In this document: positions 20,411 to 30,625 of the stretch, one piece after another
How positions within the stretch are numbered: position 1 is the stretch's first letter
Layout of the letters: each line of letters begins with the position of its first letter
Assembly: GCA_964637115.1 (NCBI GenBank)
Contig: CAZWVL010000006.1
Span: 23,696-87,695, forward strand
Reading direction: 5' to 3'
DNA: 64,000 nt
DNA from: an uncultured Methanosarcinales archaeon
GTDB taxonomy: Archaea; Nanobdellota; Nanobdellia; Woesearchaeales; ARS49
Made by a program: the position numbers and the translations under genes
Notes under the pieces: model-generated
The model's database searches: none
What the model was told of the DNA's origin: nothing
The model's input: the letters and a program-made list of their open reading frames with translations, nothing else

Positions 20411-22126
20411 TTATTTTATTTTATGAAAAATTAAGAATAGCATGCAAACGAGTGACAGAATCGAAATAATCCCACCTATTGCAAATGTGCGGGGTAAATA
20501 ATAAAACTCTAGTTTCCTATCAGATTCAGTTACATTTGCTGATAACAAACCATTAAAGCTTTCAGCTTGCCCGCCTCTCACCCTCCACCCTTTATCATAA
20601 TTTTGATTAATAACCACTCTATTTGGAACTTGTGTCTCAACATTCACTATCAGTTTGTTTGGAGACCAACAGTCGTATGACGCTTTCCCTTCAAGTTCAA
20701 GATAGACCTCTCCTTTGTAAGATGGATCTGTGATTGGCTTTGCAAAACTTACAATATTCGGTGTTCCGGCATCAACGTCCACTGTACCAGCATTAGAGAG
20801 GAAATTCCTATAAACATTGCCATAAGCCGCATAAGAGACTTGCCGGAAATCGACATTCTTTTCAACAGTTAGAGCTTTGTCAGTAAAAGATGCGTGAAAT
20901 GGTGTGGAATTAACCAGAAGCAAATCAACAATAACAAAAATTACTATCGCATATATCAAAATTTGCCGAGTTGAATGCTGTGTTTTCTTAAGCAGCCAAT
21001 CGACTGCCAACCCGCTTATGATCGCAAGGCAGAACACAAACAAAATTATAAATCTTGAGGGCACCCTAATTGACATGAAAAAAGGCAGTTTATGTAGAAT
21101 ATGCCATGGGGACCATGCACCCCAATCGCCAAGCGAAATGAAGAAAGTCATAAACCCAGATAACATTAATGGAAATTGATTTTTCCATAGTAAAAATAAA
21201 CCAATCGCGAACAAAATTAGCGGAATAATTCCTGTATAAGCGCCATATTCCGGCCAACCCCAATGTTGGTCTTCGAAATTTTGCGAATTTCGATTTTGGT
21301 TTCTATTTAAAAAAATGTGATATAAACCTTTAATTGTTGTCTTATCAGAAGCATCAATAATACGCGGGTTTTCTTGGATGAAATCTAACGCCGGTAGGAC
21401 TTTTACAGCACTTAAAACAAAAGAAAAAATAATAATAAGTGCAAGATATAGGATTGGCAGCATATCTTTCCTTTGAAAAGAATAAACAGCGCTGAACATA
21501 ACAAGAAAAAAGAATATTGGAATTAAAGCATGTCCTGTGCCTCCGCCGAGGATAATGAATGCAAAGACTATTCCTGTGAATAATAGATACCTTTTCTGAT
21601 CAAATGATTTCAAAAAAAATAGAAATACAAAGGGCAATAGAAAATAATTTGAGAATACGAAATGGCCTCCTCCAACATGCAATGAAAAGAAACTTGACAG
21701 CCCAAACACAGAAGCTGCAAATATCCCGGTTGCAAATTCTGTTTTGTAATGTCTCGATACCAAGAACATTCCAACCAATCCTATCCACATCATGAGAAGG
21801 AGTTCAATTTTCAGACCCACTGTGCAGCCAAAAATGAACGGCAGAAAAAAGGTCGGCCTTAAAAAACCAGACTGTGGATGGCCCAACATCGGCCTTCCAC
21901 CATTAGAATAAGGATTCCATAATGGGAACTGTCTATGATGCAAAATACTCTCACGGGCGATTTCGTCCATTTGACAATATATACTCCAGTCGCCATACCC
22001 TTCATTGCGCATACTAAAAAATATGTTAGATGTGAACAGATAAGCAATCACAAGAAGGATGACATAAGGCACGCAAAATTTAATCAATTTGGGGAGAGCA
22101 CTCAGAATTTTTTTAAATTTCAGCAT
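20411..22126 (-). CDS. YfhO-like GT-C membrane protein (paralog 1 of 3)
   Basis: GDW, FPLWNPY..GGRP, R.PSRF motifs and C-terminal NQNYDKGW...YYLP. Confidence 0.7.
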   Translation of the reverse strand: MLKFKKILSALPKLIKFCVPYVILLVIAYLFTSNIFFSMRNEGYGDWSIYCQMDEIARESILHHRQFPLWNPYSNGGRPMLGHPQSGFLRPTFFLPFIFGCTVGLKIELLLMMWIGLVGMFLVSRHYKTEFATGIFAASVFGLSSFFSLHVGGGHFVFSNYFLLPFVFLFFLKSFDQKRYLLFTGIVFAFIILGGGTGHALIPIFFFLVMFSAVYSFQRKDMLPILYLALIIIFSFVLSAVKVLPALDFIQENPRIIDASDKTTIKGLYHIFLNRNQNRNSQNFEDQHWGWPEYGAYTGIIPLILFAIGLFLLWKNQFPLMLSGFMTFFISLGDWGAWSPWHILHKLPFFMSIRVPSRFIILFVFCLAIISGLAVDWLLKKTQHSTRQILIYAIVIFVIVDLLLVNSTPFHASFTDKALTVEKNVDFRQVSYAAYGNVYRNFLSNAGTVDVDAGTPNIVSFAKPITDPSYKGEVYLELEGKASYDCWSPNKLIVNVETQVPNRVVINQNYDKGWRVRGGQAESFNGLLSANVTESDRKLEFYYLPRTFAIGGIISILSLVCMLFLIFHKIK

Positions 22127-22216
22127 TAAAACAAAGACCTGAATTGATTATTTAAATATTTGGTCATAAAGAAGACAATTAAGTTTAAATATTAAGGTAA
22201 TGATTGTTTACTTCTA

Positions 22217-23833
22217 ATGGTTAAGCTGCTTGATTACTTTTTGAGAAGCGATATTCCACTTTTAATTGCCGTTTTTTTAATCATATTTCTTTTAAGATTG
22301 CCCTGGGCAGGACACGTCGTAATTGATTGGGACGAATCTGTGTTTTTTACGGTGGCACAAGATTTAGTACATGGCGGAAGCCTATATCAGACTACCTGGG
22401 AAGGCAAGGGACCACTACTATTCTTCATTCTTGCACCAGTAATAAAAATTTTCGGTGCTAATATTGTTGCGTTGCGCATTTTCACTACATTTTATGTTAT
22501 TTTGTCAATGCTTTTCATTTATTTAATAGCCAAAACCATCGTAAAAACAAAAGCAAGCATTCTTGCACCTTTATGCTATGGAATATTTTTTATGAAATTC
22601 GGTGGTCTTTCGTCAAATCGCGAGTTATTCATGATGTTGCCAGTCATAATAGCAACTTTCTTTTTTGTTAAATATGTGGAAGATGAATTTACAGGAAATT
22701 GGAAACTTTTCTTTTGCGGGCTCTTTTCTGCAGCAGCAGTGCTTACTGTACAAACCGCTTTCTTTAGTGTCGTTATATTTCCCGCTGTTATTGCCTTGCG
22801 AAAATTGACTTCTAGAAATTATTTATGGAAAAGTTTCGCAAAAGACATTGTGTGGTATTCTGCGGGCGCCATCATGGTGAGTGTTTTTGTCTTATTATAT
22901 TTCATTATCCACAATTCATTATACGATTTTTACTTTGCAGTCTATGGATTCAATCAGAGGTATGTTAGCAGAATACCGATTGAAACTGGGTTGCAGAAAT
23001 TGTGGGAATTTTTGAAACTTGAGGGGTTTAGGGATCTTATCACTATTTTTGCCTTAATTGGCGCGGTTATTTGTTGTTCAAGGTCCAAACTTAGGAAATC
23101 ACAAGTTATGACGAGCTTCTTGTGTGGATTGCTTTTGCTCTCTTTAATTGGAGTTTTCTGGGCACGAAACATGTACCAACATTATTATCTGCAGATGTCC
23201 TTGCCATTTTCTTTAATAATCAGTTTTGCAGTTTCGCTTCTACCTTTAAATAGACTGGAATTGAATAAAATCATTTATTCTATCGTCTTAGCTATAATTG
23301 CTATAATTGCCCCTAATCCACTAATAGTGATTTTTGTGGGAATTTTCATACTGCTAATATTATTGGCCACAGATGAGAATCAGATAAAAACATTTAATTG
23401 TGTAGTATGTATAATGATAATCATGTTAACATACTATAGCACCTCATCAGTTATGAACATTTTAGGCCAACCAAGGAATGAAAATGATGAACTAATCAAA
23501 ATTTCCGCACTTGTCGCAAATCAGACCCTTGTTAACGACACCATTTTTGTGTTGGGAGGAGAACCAGTAATATATTTCCTTTCTGATAGACGCCCGGCGG
23601 TGAAATATCTAGTGTGGTATTTTTACAGAGACCACCTCGCATATATTGGAATGACAATGAACGAAACACTGAATGAGTTCAAGATCAAGAGACCTAAGTA
23701 TTTTGTTTATCACATTGAACAGGGGCGAGAAGTTCCAGCTATAGAAGAATTCATGCTCAATAATTATCATCCGGAAGAAAAATATGGGCATTACGTGTTG
23801 TATAGAATAAATAGCACTCGTTTTGAAGTATAG
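22217..23833 (+). CDS. GT39-like polytopic glycosyltransferase
   Basis: IDWDES, WEGKGP, N.E, HYYLQ motifs. Confidence 0.8.
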   Translation: MVKLLDYFLRSDIPLLIAVFLIIFLLRLPWAGHVVIDWDESVFFTVAQDLVHGGSLYQTTWEGKGPLLFFILAPVIKIFGANIVALRIFTTFYVILSMLFIYLIAKTIVKTKASILAPLCYGIFFMKFGGLSSNRELFMMLPVIIATFFFVKYVEDEFTGNWKLFFCGLFSAAAVLTVQTAFFSVVIFPAVIALRKLTSRNYLWKSFAKDIVWYSAGAIMVSVFVLLYFIIHNSLYDFYFAVYGFNQRYVSRIPIETGLQKLWEFLKLEGFRDLITIFALIGAVICCSRSKLRKSQVMTSFLCGLLLLSLIGVFWARNMYQHYYLQMSLPFSLIISFAVSLLPLNRLELNKIIYSIVLAIIAIIAPNPLIVIFVGIFILLILLATDENQIKTFNCVVCIMIIMLTYYSTSSVMNILGQPRNENDELIKISALVANQTLVNDTIFVLGGEPVIYFLSDRRPAVKYLVWYFYRDHLAYIGMTMNETLNEFKIKRPKYFVYHIEQGREVPAIEEFMLNNYHPEEKYGHYVLYRINSTRFEV

Positions 23834-23918
23834 CATTTATTCTTGATTATCTTATTTCTCAAAAACTGCCAAAAATCCCAGCCAAATTCGCGGTTATTGC
23901 ATGCAAGACTTATAAAAA

Positions 23919-25682
23919 CTATGTTTTCATCTTGAATCCGTCTCTAATATAAAATATAACACATACACTTGTTGATACGAGTGAAATAATTGCGCCTATG
24001 ATAAAAGAGCGTGGCAAATAATAAAACTCTACTTTCTTGTCAGATTCGGATACGTTTGTTGATAACAGACCATTAAAGCTCTCAGCTTGCCCGCCCTTAA
24101 CTCGCCAACCTTTATCGTAATTTTGGTTGATAATAACCCTATTTAGTTCTTGAGTTTCTACATTAACAATTAGTTTGTTTGGAGACCAGTACTCGTATGA
24201 TGTATTTCCTTCAAGTTCAAGATAGACTTCGCCTTTGTAATTTTCATCATTTAATCCGCGTGCATATGTAGGATGAAACACCGGATCATATGCATCAAGC
24301 GTACCGTTATGGCCAATCAGGTTCATATACATGCTGCTATCCGCTCCACTTCTTCCAACATTATAATCATTTATTTGCTTGAAATCTGTACGGTCCTCAA
24401 ATTCTATCGGCCTGTTAGGGAATGCCTGTGCAAATGTCTTGCTGTCAACGACCAACAATTCCAGTACGGCCAACAGCACCACTATAACACAGATGTATTT
24501 TAGGTGATCCTGCTTTTTGAGAATAAGATTAAGCATCAAGCCTGCAATAATGGCAAGTGCGAACACGAACATAATGACAAACCTAGAAGGTACATGAGTT
24601 GACTGGACAAAAGGCAATTGATGCAGCACATGCCATGGTGTCCAATTGCCAAAATCGCCTATCGAAACTATAAACGTAAAAATGCCTGCGCCAATCAATG
24701 CAATTTCTGACTTAAAAAAGAACACTAAACCGACAACGAAAAAAAGCGCCGGTAGCCAACCCACGTATGCGCCATACTCGTGCCAACCCCATACCTGACC
24801 AACAAAACGATTCATGTCTAAACCCTGTTCTGTGCCAAAAAAGATGTGATACAAACCTAAAGGTCGAGTAAGCTCATTCGACACTTTTAAAATAGGATGT
24901 GACATTGTGTACACAATTGTAGGAATCAATTTAACTGCGGCAAAACCAAACGCTAGCAGGAATATGAATGCGAGATTTGTCAACGGGCTCACATTGGTTT
25001 TTTTAATAGCTGAAATAAGTGCATACGTCCCAAGAAAGACGATAAGAGGAATCATGACGTATGCTGAACCTCCTCCTAATATTATGAGCGCCACACAAGC
25101 TGCCGAGAGAATAGCCCACCACAACCTTTCGAATGATTTCAAATAGAATAGAAAAACGTAAGGCAGCATATAGAATGAGAGGAAGATAAAATGACCTTCG
25201 GTAATGTGCAATGAGAAAAAGCTTGTCAACCCGAAGATACACGCAGACAGTACTCCTGCAAGAGGATGCATTCTATAATGCATGGAAAGCAAGAACATTC
25301 CTACCATTCCAAATGCAACGGTGATGAAAATCTCAAGCTTTGAGGCAACCACGCAACCAAAGGCAAGGGTAAGAAGAAACAAAGGCCGCAAAAAACCGTT
25401 CTGATGATTGGCTATAAGCGGTCTTCCGCCACTTGCAAAAGCATTCCAGAGAGGGAACTGGTGATACTCAAGAATTGTCTGGCGAGCCACTTCATTTTGG
25501 AAACACACGAAGTCCCAATCACCTCCGCCAAAATTATTGATCCGCGACAACGAGGGCACGGTCAGCTTAAGTGACTTCCAGTCGCTCGCGTTGTTCAAGC
25601 TTTGTAAACTTGATAGAAGCGGAATCACAAAAACGAATGCAATCAGAATTATAAGAAACACATACTGCCAATTTTTCATCAA
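23919..25682 (-). CDS. YfhO-like GT-C membrane protein (paralog 2 of 3)
   Basis: GDWD, FPLWNAF..GGRP, WHEYGAY, NQNYDKGW motifs. Confidence 0.7.
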   Translation of the reverse strand: MMKNWQYVFLIILIAFVFVIPLLSSLQSLNNASDWKSLKLTVPSLSRINNFGGGDWDFVCFQNEVARQTILEYHQFPLWNAFASGGRPLIANHQNGFLRPLFLLTLAFGCVVASKLEIFITVAFGMVGMFLLSMHYRMHPLAGVLSACIFGLTSFFSLHITEGHFIFLSFYMLPYVFLFYLKSFERLWWAILSAACVALIILGGGSAYVMIPLIVFLGTYALISAIKKTNVSPLTNLAFIFLLAFGFAAVKLIPTIVYTMSHPILKVSNELTRPLGLYHIFFGTEQGLDMNRFVGQVWGWHEYGAYVGWLPALFFVVGLVFFFKSEIALIGAGIFTFIVSIGDFGNWTPWHVLHQLPFVQSTHVPSRFVIMFVFALAIIAGLMLNLILKKQDHLKYICVIVVLLAVLELLVVDSKTFAQAFPNRPIEFEDRTDFKQINDYNVGRSGADSSMYMNLIGHNGTLDAYDPVFHPTYARGLNDENYKGEVYLELEGNTSYEYWSPNKLIVNVETQELNRVIINQNYDKGWRVKGGQAESFNGLLSTNVSESDKKVEFYYLPRSFIIGAIISLVSTSVCVIFYIRDGFKMKT

Positions 25683-25768
25683 GACGTTAGCACCGCTCGA
25701 GTTATATAAATCTTACTCAAGATGAAAAAATCACGCATATAGAAGGATGTTTCCTTCCATTAATAGAC

Positions 25769-26455
25769 TCATTTTTCAAAAATGGCGAGGATTATCAAAC
25801 CGAATTTGCCCGTTATTTCTTTTTCTAGTTTTACTAGCTTTTTTGCTAATCCATAAGAGATTAAAGCTATGAATGGAGTGAATAGAAATAACGTCTTCAT
25901 TTCGATAAGTTTAAAGCCATTAGTTTCTCCTAATTTCTTGAGACTTGCTAACGTTTGTGGATTAATGTGCTGTTCCTCGTACTTCACAGGACTTATAAAC
26001 TCCCACATGTGCTCTACAATAGGCCACATGCTTCTATAATTGGGTGTTGTGATAATAAGTTTCCCTCCTTTGCGAAGCGCTTTGTAAATGTTTTGCATTA
26101 TTTTTGTATCTGGATTCAAGTGCTCAAGCACCTGAGACAAAATAACATAATCTGCTTTTGGAAGTTCACAGTTTTCTATGTCCGAACATATCCATTTTAC
26201 GTCTGGCATTATCTTTTTAACATAGTCAATTTGCGATTGCGCTACGTCTATACCAATCTTCTTTGCTCTCTTCTTGTGTTGGAAAAAGAAAGCACCAGGA
26301 CCACTCCCCAAATCTAAAACTGTAAGAGCAGGATTTTCAGGTATACGTGCAGAAATCTGGGAAAAATGATACTGATGCCAGAAGCGCTGAAGATTGCCAC
26401 CTTCGGTCATAACTTTGAGATAATAGCCTTCAGGAATAGAGTCGTAAATGTCCAT
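25769..26455 (-). CDS. Class I SAM-dependent methyltransferase
   Basis: VLDLGSGPG, QVLEH, GGKLIITTPN, HIN motifs. Confidence 0.88.
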   Translation of the reverse strand: MDIYDSIPEGYYLKVMTEGGNLQRFWHQYHFSQISARIPENPALTVLDLGSGPGAFFFQHKKRAKKIGIDVAQSQIDYVKKIMPDVKWICSDIENCELPKADYVILSQVLEHLNPDTKIMQNIYKALRKGGKLIITTPNYRSMWPIVEHMWEFISPVKYEEQHINPQTLASLKKLGETNGFKLIEMKTLFLFTPFIALISYGLAKKLVKLEKEITGKFGLIILAIFEK

Positions 26456-26478
26456 ATCTGACAGGTCTAAATGATGAT

Positions 26479-28215
26479 TTAAAAACTTTTGGATAGAAAA
26501 GGTGGCATTTTTTCCTTAAAAATCAAGAATGAGATTGTACCCACGACAGACAAAATTGAAATTATGGCACCTTTGACAAACGAGGAAGGCAAATAATAAA
26601 ATTTTATTTTCTTGTCAGATTCAGTAACATGTGCTGATAACAGACCATTAAAGCTTTCAGCCTGACCACCCTTGACTCGCCACCCTCTGTCATAATTTTG
26701 GTTGATAACCACCCTGTTTGATTTTAAAGTTTCTACGTTAACTATTAGTTTGTTTGGAGACCAGTACTCATATGATGCATTTCCTTCAAGTTCAAGATAG
26801 ACCTCTCCTTTGTAAGATGGATCTCCTACTAGAATAGCAAACGCTGGGTGTGGAACAGGATCATAAGCATTTAAAGTGCCATTATTAGAAAGGAAATTGG
26901 AATAAAGCGTGCTATAATAGATTGGGTTATGGGGGTACACGTAATCATAACCTTGACTAAATTCCTTATTACGCTCTATGATGGGAGGAGAGATTTCAAA
27001 TACATTTGTGAATGGTTTTCCATTCACCAAAAACAAATTTGCAACAATTAAAATAACCAACAAAAATAAAAAACGCTTCAATATAATTGATCTTTGAGTT
27101 TTTTTACACATCCAGCCAAATGCAAGGCCTGCAAAGATAGCTAGACAAAAGACAAAAATAATAATTAGGCGCGATGAAAGACGAACCGAACTAAATATTG
27201 GGAGTGAATGTAGCAGTCTCCAAGGAGACTCGCGTGCAAAATCGCCTATTGATAAAAATAGGAAAATTAAGCCGGTGATTAATATCGCTGGCTCTCTCTT
27301 CCAAAAGAGCAACACTCCAAGTATGAATAACAATAATGGTAATATGCCTGTGTATGCGCCATACTCGTGCCAGTTGTACACTTGTACATCAAAATGGTGT
27401 ACAAGCAAATTTTGTTGCGTATTAAGAAAAATATCATACAACGCTTTGAAGTTTATCCTATCAAGGCCTGTTGGCCTATCGTGTTCTGAAAAATATTCAA
27501 ATGCTGGCAGAAGTTGAACAGCGCCTAAACCTCCGACTATCAGAAGTACACATGCCAAATGGATAACTGGCTTAATACTTCTTTTCTGAAAAGAATAAAA
27601 AAATGTGAAAACAGAGAGAAATAAGGTTACGTATACAATTACATGAGAAAGTGAACCAAATAAGATAACAACTAACACTGCGGATGTTAAAATTATGTAT
27701 CTATATTGTGCAAAAGATTTTAGAAAGAAAAGAAATGCAAAAGGAAGTAAATAAAAGGAAAAAAAAGGAACCTGCCCCGACGCAATACGAAGTGAGAAAT
27801 AACTCGAAAGACCAAAAATCGAGGCGACTACGACTCCGGCGAGTGCTCCAATTCTAAAATGCAATGCAAGGAAGAACATCCCGATTACACCCATTGCAAT
27901 CATTATGAATGCTTCAATTTTCAATCCCATAAGGCAGCCGAATGGCAATGTGAACAAATAAAAGCCCGGCCTGAGAAATTTATTGTGAGAATTAGCGAGC
28001 AATGGCCTTCCGCCATTGGCATAGGAGTTCCATAAAGGAAATTGATGATATTTTAAGATGGTTTCTCTTGGTACTTCGTCAAAAAAGCAATTGACATCCC
28101 AATCGTGAGGTCCCACATTATGGAAATTTTTCAGTAACGGAAAACCAAATGAAAATGATACGACTATCAGAATTAATATAAAATATAGCTGTTTATGCAT
28201 ACGGAAAATTTGCAC
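26479..28215 (-). CDS. YfhO-like GT-C membrane protein (paralog 3 of 3)
   Basis: HDWD, FPLWNSY.NGGRP, WHEYGAY, NQNYDRGW motifs. Confidence 0.7.
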   Translation of the reverse strand: MQIFRMHKQLYFILILIVVSFSFGFPLLKNFHNVGPHDWDVNCFFDEVPRETILKYHQFPLWNSYANGGRPLLANSHNKFLRPGFYLFTLPFGCLMGLKIEAFIMIAMGVIGMFFLALHFRIGALAGVVVASIFGLSSYFSLRIASGQVPFFSFYLLPFAFLFFLKSFAQYRYIILTSAVLVVILFGSLSHVIVYVTLFLSVFTFFYSFQKRSIKPVIHLACVLLIVGGLGAVQLLPAFEYFSEHDRPTGLDRINFKALYDIFLNTQQNLLVHHFDVQVYNWHEYGAYTGILPLLLFILGVLLFWKREPAILITGLIFLFLSIGDFARESPWRLLHSLPIFSSVRLSSRLIIIFVFCLAIFAGLAFGWMCKKTQRSIILKRFLFLLVILIVANLFLVNGKPFTNVFEISPPIIERNKEFSQGYDYVYPHNPIYYSTLYSNFLSNNGTLNAYDPVPHPAFAILVGDPSYKGEVYLELEGNASYEYWSPNKLIVNVETLKSNRVVINQNYDRGWRVKGGQAESFNGLLSAHVTESDKKIKFYYLPSSFVKGAIISILSVVGTISFLIFKEKMPPFLSKSF

Positions 28216-28274
28216 GCTATGTTAAGAATTTGCCTTATTTATAAATCTTAGTTATAACACTGATAATTATATTT

Positions 28275-28414
28275 TTACTGAACAGATTTTTCAAGGACCG
28301 ACAGAATTATCAACCAACTGCTCCTGTTATCTTTTCTTCAAATTTTGCTAGCTTTTTTGTTAAACTATAAGAAATCATTGCAAGAAATGACGAGATCCCA
28401 GTAAATTTCAAAAG
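28275..28414 (-). pseudogene. 3' remnant of a methyltransferase paralogous to 25769-26455
   Basis: Manual translation FLAMISYSLTKKLAKFEEKITGAVG/LIILSVLEK aligns to FIALISYGLAKKLVKLEKEITGKFGLIILAIFEK (21 of 34 identical) after correcting a 1-nt deletion. Confidence 0.7.
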
Positions 28415-28415
28415 G

Positions 28416-29969
28416 TTACCTTGCTTTCTTACCTTTTCCAGAAATCTCGATTACATCCACACTGTAGAAGATTGTGGGGCTATTGTGACTTCCGAAACCA
28501 AGATACTTTTCATTGCGAAGTTTTAACAAATTATTCAAACCAAGTTCCTTATATTCGGCTTTCCATTCTGTTAATAGTGTATTATCTAGATATGCCTTTA
28601 TACCATTCTTACGTACCTGAATTAGTGATGCGTATCTTTTCCCATTTTCAAGGCGACCTTTTTTAATCGATGGATTATCGCTTCCATCACCTTTTAATAC
28701 TGTAAACCCAAATAAATTGCCGTCGTCCCCGGCAGACATCTGCCAGTGGAAAGGTTTTCCTGAACGTGATAAACACTGAAAAACATCATGACTTCCTTGT
28801 TGTCTCGCAAATGCTAACCTAAAATCGTACTCTTCAGGCGGCTCGTATGGAATTTCTATTCTCGCCAAGCTAGAACCATCAGAAACTAGTTTGCCTTCTT
28901 GCAATTTCCATTCTCCGCTGATGACGTCCTTTTTAAGATCAATCATCTTCAACAAATCAACCAGATTTCCTTTGGTTGCTGACTGTTTGACTTCCTTCAA
29001 CAGTTCATCAATCTTTTCCTTCTGAATTGCATTTGCGTTTGGAAGGGCAGTGTTGCACCATCTAACAACGCCATCTTCGTACAACCCTTTGTCTGCAAGG
29101 TTTTTCTGCTTCTTGGAAATTTCAAAGTATTTCCCTGCAAGAGCAAACTGCATATCGGACGTTTTGGGGCTCATAACTTCCAAGTTGATGAGAGTTTTCA
29201 AATCCTCGTTATTTCCATTGGCCATTGTTTTCTTGGCATCGTCCCATTTGCCGCATCTCAAGCCCCGATATTGAGCCCAAACATTGCTTGCGTTTGCGTC
29301 TTTCTCATCAACTGACAATTTAAGCTCTGCAGTCTTGACCTTTTCAGCGTCTGCACTCAAATCCATGCTTTTTTGCTTCAATTCCTTTGAAAGCTTTGGC
29401 AAACCCTTAATATCAGAGGATAATTTGGAAACAGAAACGAAATCACCAACACGATAAATCCCTTCGGCCAATTCAAACCCTGACTCGGCAACCGCAGCTG
29501 CCTGCTCTTCACTCGTAACAAACCTGCGTGCAACGTTGAACATTTCGTACTTCAGGTTAAGATCTCTAATTTTGTATGACTCCACGATTTTCGTATCAAC
29601 AATACCAAAAGCTTTTGACAAATCAGTAGCCTCGGCAGCAACGCGCGCTGCTTCCTTGAAATAGGAAAAACGAAGTTTTGAGTCATTCTTAGGATCTTGA
29701 GCTTTTTCTATTAACAAATCAGCAAGCTTGACCTTTTCCCCTTTAACATACGCTTCCCTGTAAGACGCGCTGCCTTTAATCTGAGACTCGTTATAACGCT
29801 GAGTGTTCTCATCAGGAACTTCATCCTTTTGTTTTTGCTCCTGTGCAGGTTTTTGATCCTGACCAGGCTTTGGATCCTGGGCTTCAGAACTAAGTGACGG
29901 TACAACGACGAGGCCTACGAATGCGAGGCCCCTTAATACATCTTCCAAACTTTTAATGAATCCACCCAT
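28416..29969 (-). CDS. Secreted hypothetical protein: helical solenoid plus C-terminal beta-sandwich domain, Planctomycetota-like
   Basis: Signal peptide ending EAQ, helical repeats, C-terminal VDLLKMID...GEWKL...ARIEIPYEPPEEYDF. Start moved to ATG 29969 from the TATA position (ORF track start 29996). Confidence 0.65.
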   Translation of the reverse strand: MGGFIKSLEDVLRGLAFVGLVVVPSLSSEAQDPKPGQDQKPAQEQKQKDEVPDENTQRYNESQIKGSASYREAYVKGEKVKLADLLIEKAQDPKNDSKLRFSYFKEAARVAAEATDLSKAFGIVDTKIVESYKIRDLNLKYEMFNVARRFVTSEEQAAAVAESGFELAEGIYRVGDFVSVSKLSSDIKGLPKLSKELKQKSMDLSADAEKVKTAELKLSVDEKDANASNVWAQYRGLRCGKWDDAKKTMANGNNEDLKTLINLEVMSPKTSDMQFALAGKYFEISKKQKNLADKGLYEDGVVRWCNTALPNANAIQKEKIDELLKEVKQSATKGNLVDLLKMIDLKKDVISGEWKLQEGKLVSDGSSLARIEIPYEPPEEYDFRLAFARQQGSHDVFQCLSRSGKPFHWQMSAGDDGNLFGFTVLKGDGSDNPSIKKGRLENGKRYASLIQVRKNGIKAYLDNTLLTEWKAEYKELGLNNLLKLRNEKYLGFGSHNSPTIFYSVDVIEISGKGKKAR

Positions 29970-30000
29970 TCTCGTCACTGGATAGTGTATATGCACTCAC

Positions 30001-30015
30001 GTATATAAACCTTTC
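30001..30015 (-). promoter_or_regulatory. Archaeal BRE-TATA promoter
   Basis: Minus strand GAAAGGTTTATATAC about 30 nt upstream of ATG 29969. Confidence 0.6.
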
Positions 30016-30062
30016 TATTGAGAAGTGTATAAGTTCGGGCTAAACGAAAGGAAGCACAAAAC

Positions 30063-30107
30063 GTAACATTTATATAACAGTTGTTATTATTTAATTACAA
30101 ATGTTAC
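30063..30107. promoter_or_regulatory. Inverted-repeat operator over the promoter and start of the MNT-HEPN pair
   Basis: GTAACATTT (30063-71) and AAATGTTAC (30099-107), with nested ATAAC-agtt-GTTAT and a TTTATATA box. Confidence 0.5.
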
Positions 30108-30625
30108 AAAATAATAACAAATATAGGGTGCTGAAGCTCTTTTTCGAGCAGCCGACAACAGACTTCCAATTGCGGCAAATCAGCAGGCTTGTGAAGATTG
30201 CCCCGCCTTCAACAAAGAAGTATCTTCAGGAATTGGAGGCAGAAGGACTTGTCGCGAAATCAAAGAAGGGAATCTACCCAAGTTATCGCGCAATACGCGA
30301 TGCTAACTTGTTTAAAGGCCTGAAAAAATGGTCGCTGGCAATCGAGTTTACTAAAAGCGGATTACTAGACCATATTGCGGACAAATGCGGCCCTGATGCC
30401 ATCATCCTATTTGGAAGCGCAAGCCGCGGCGAAGACATCGAGAGCAGCGACATCGACCTTGCCATCCTTGCTGAAGAAACCGAGCTTGATCTTAAAAAAT
30501 ATGAAAAGCTCATCAGCCGCAAGATTTCCCCGCTGTTTGTCAAAAAATTCAGCGAACTCAGCAACGAACTCAAAAATAATATTTTAAACGGCATCATCCT
30601 TTACGGCTATCTGAAGGTGTTTTAA
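30101..30625 (+). CDS. HTH plus minimal nucleotidyltransferase (MNT/MntA-like antitoxin)
   Basis: N-terminal wHTH and LFGSASRGED.ESSDIDL (GS..DxD). Confidence 0.88.
   Translation: MLQNNNKYRVLKLFFEQPTTDFQLRQISRLVKIAPPSTKKYLQELEAEGLVAKSKKGIYPSYRAIRDANLFKGLKKWSLAIEFTKSGLLDHIADKCGPDAIILFGSASRGEDIESSDIDLAILAEETELDLKKYEKLISRKISPLFVKKFSELSNELKNNILNGIILYGYLKVF

Noticed and set aside
25700-25765. Possible YfhO 3'-end remnant (SICVIF versus SVCVIF)
   Set aside because: The match is too short to distinguish from chance.
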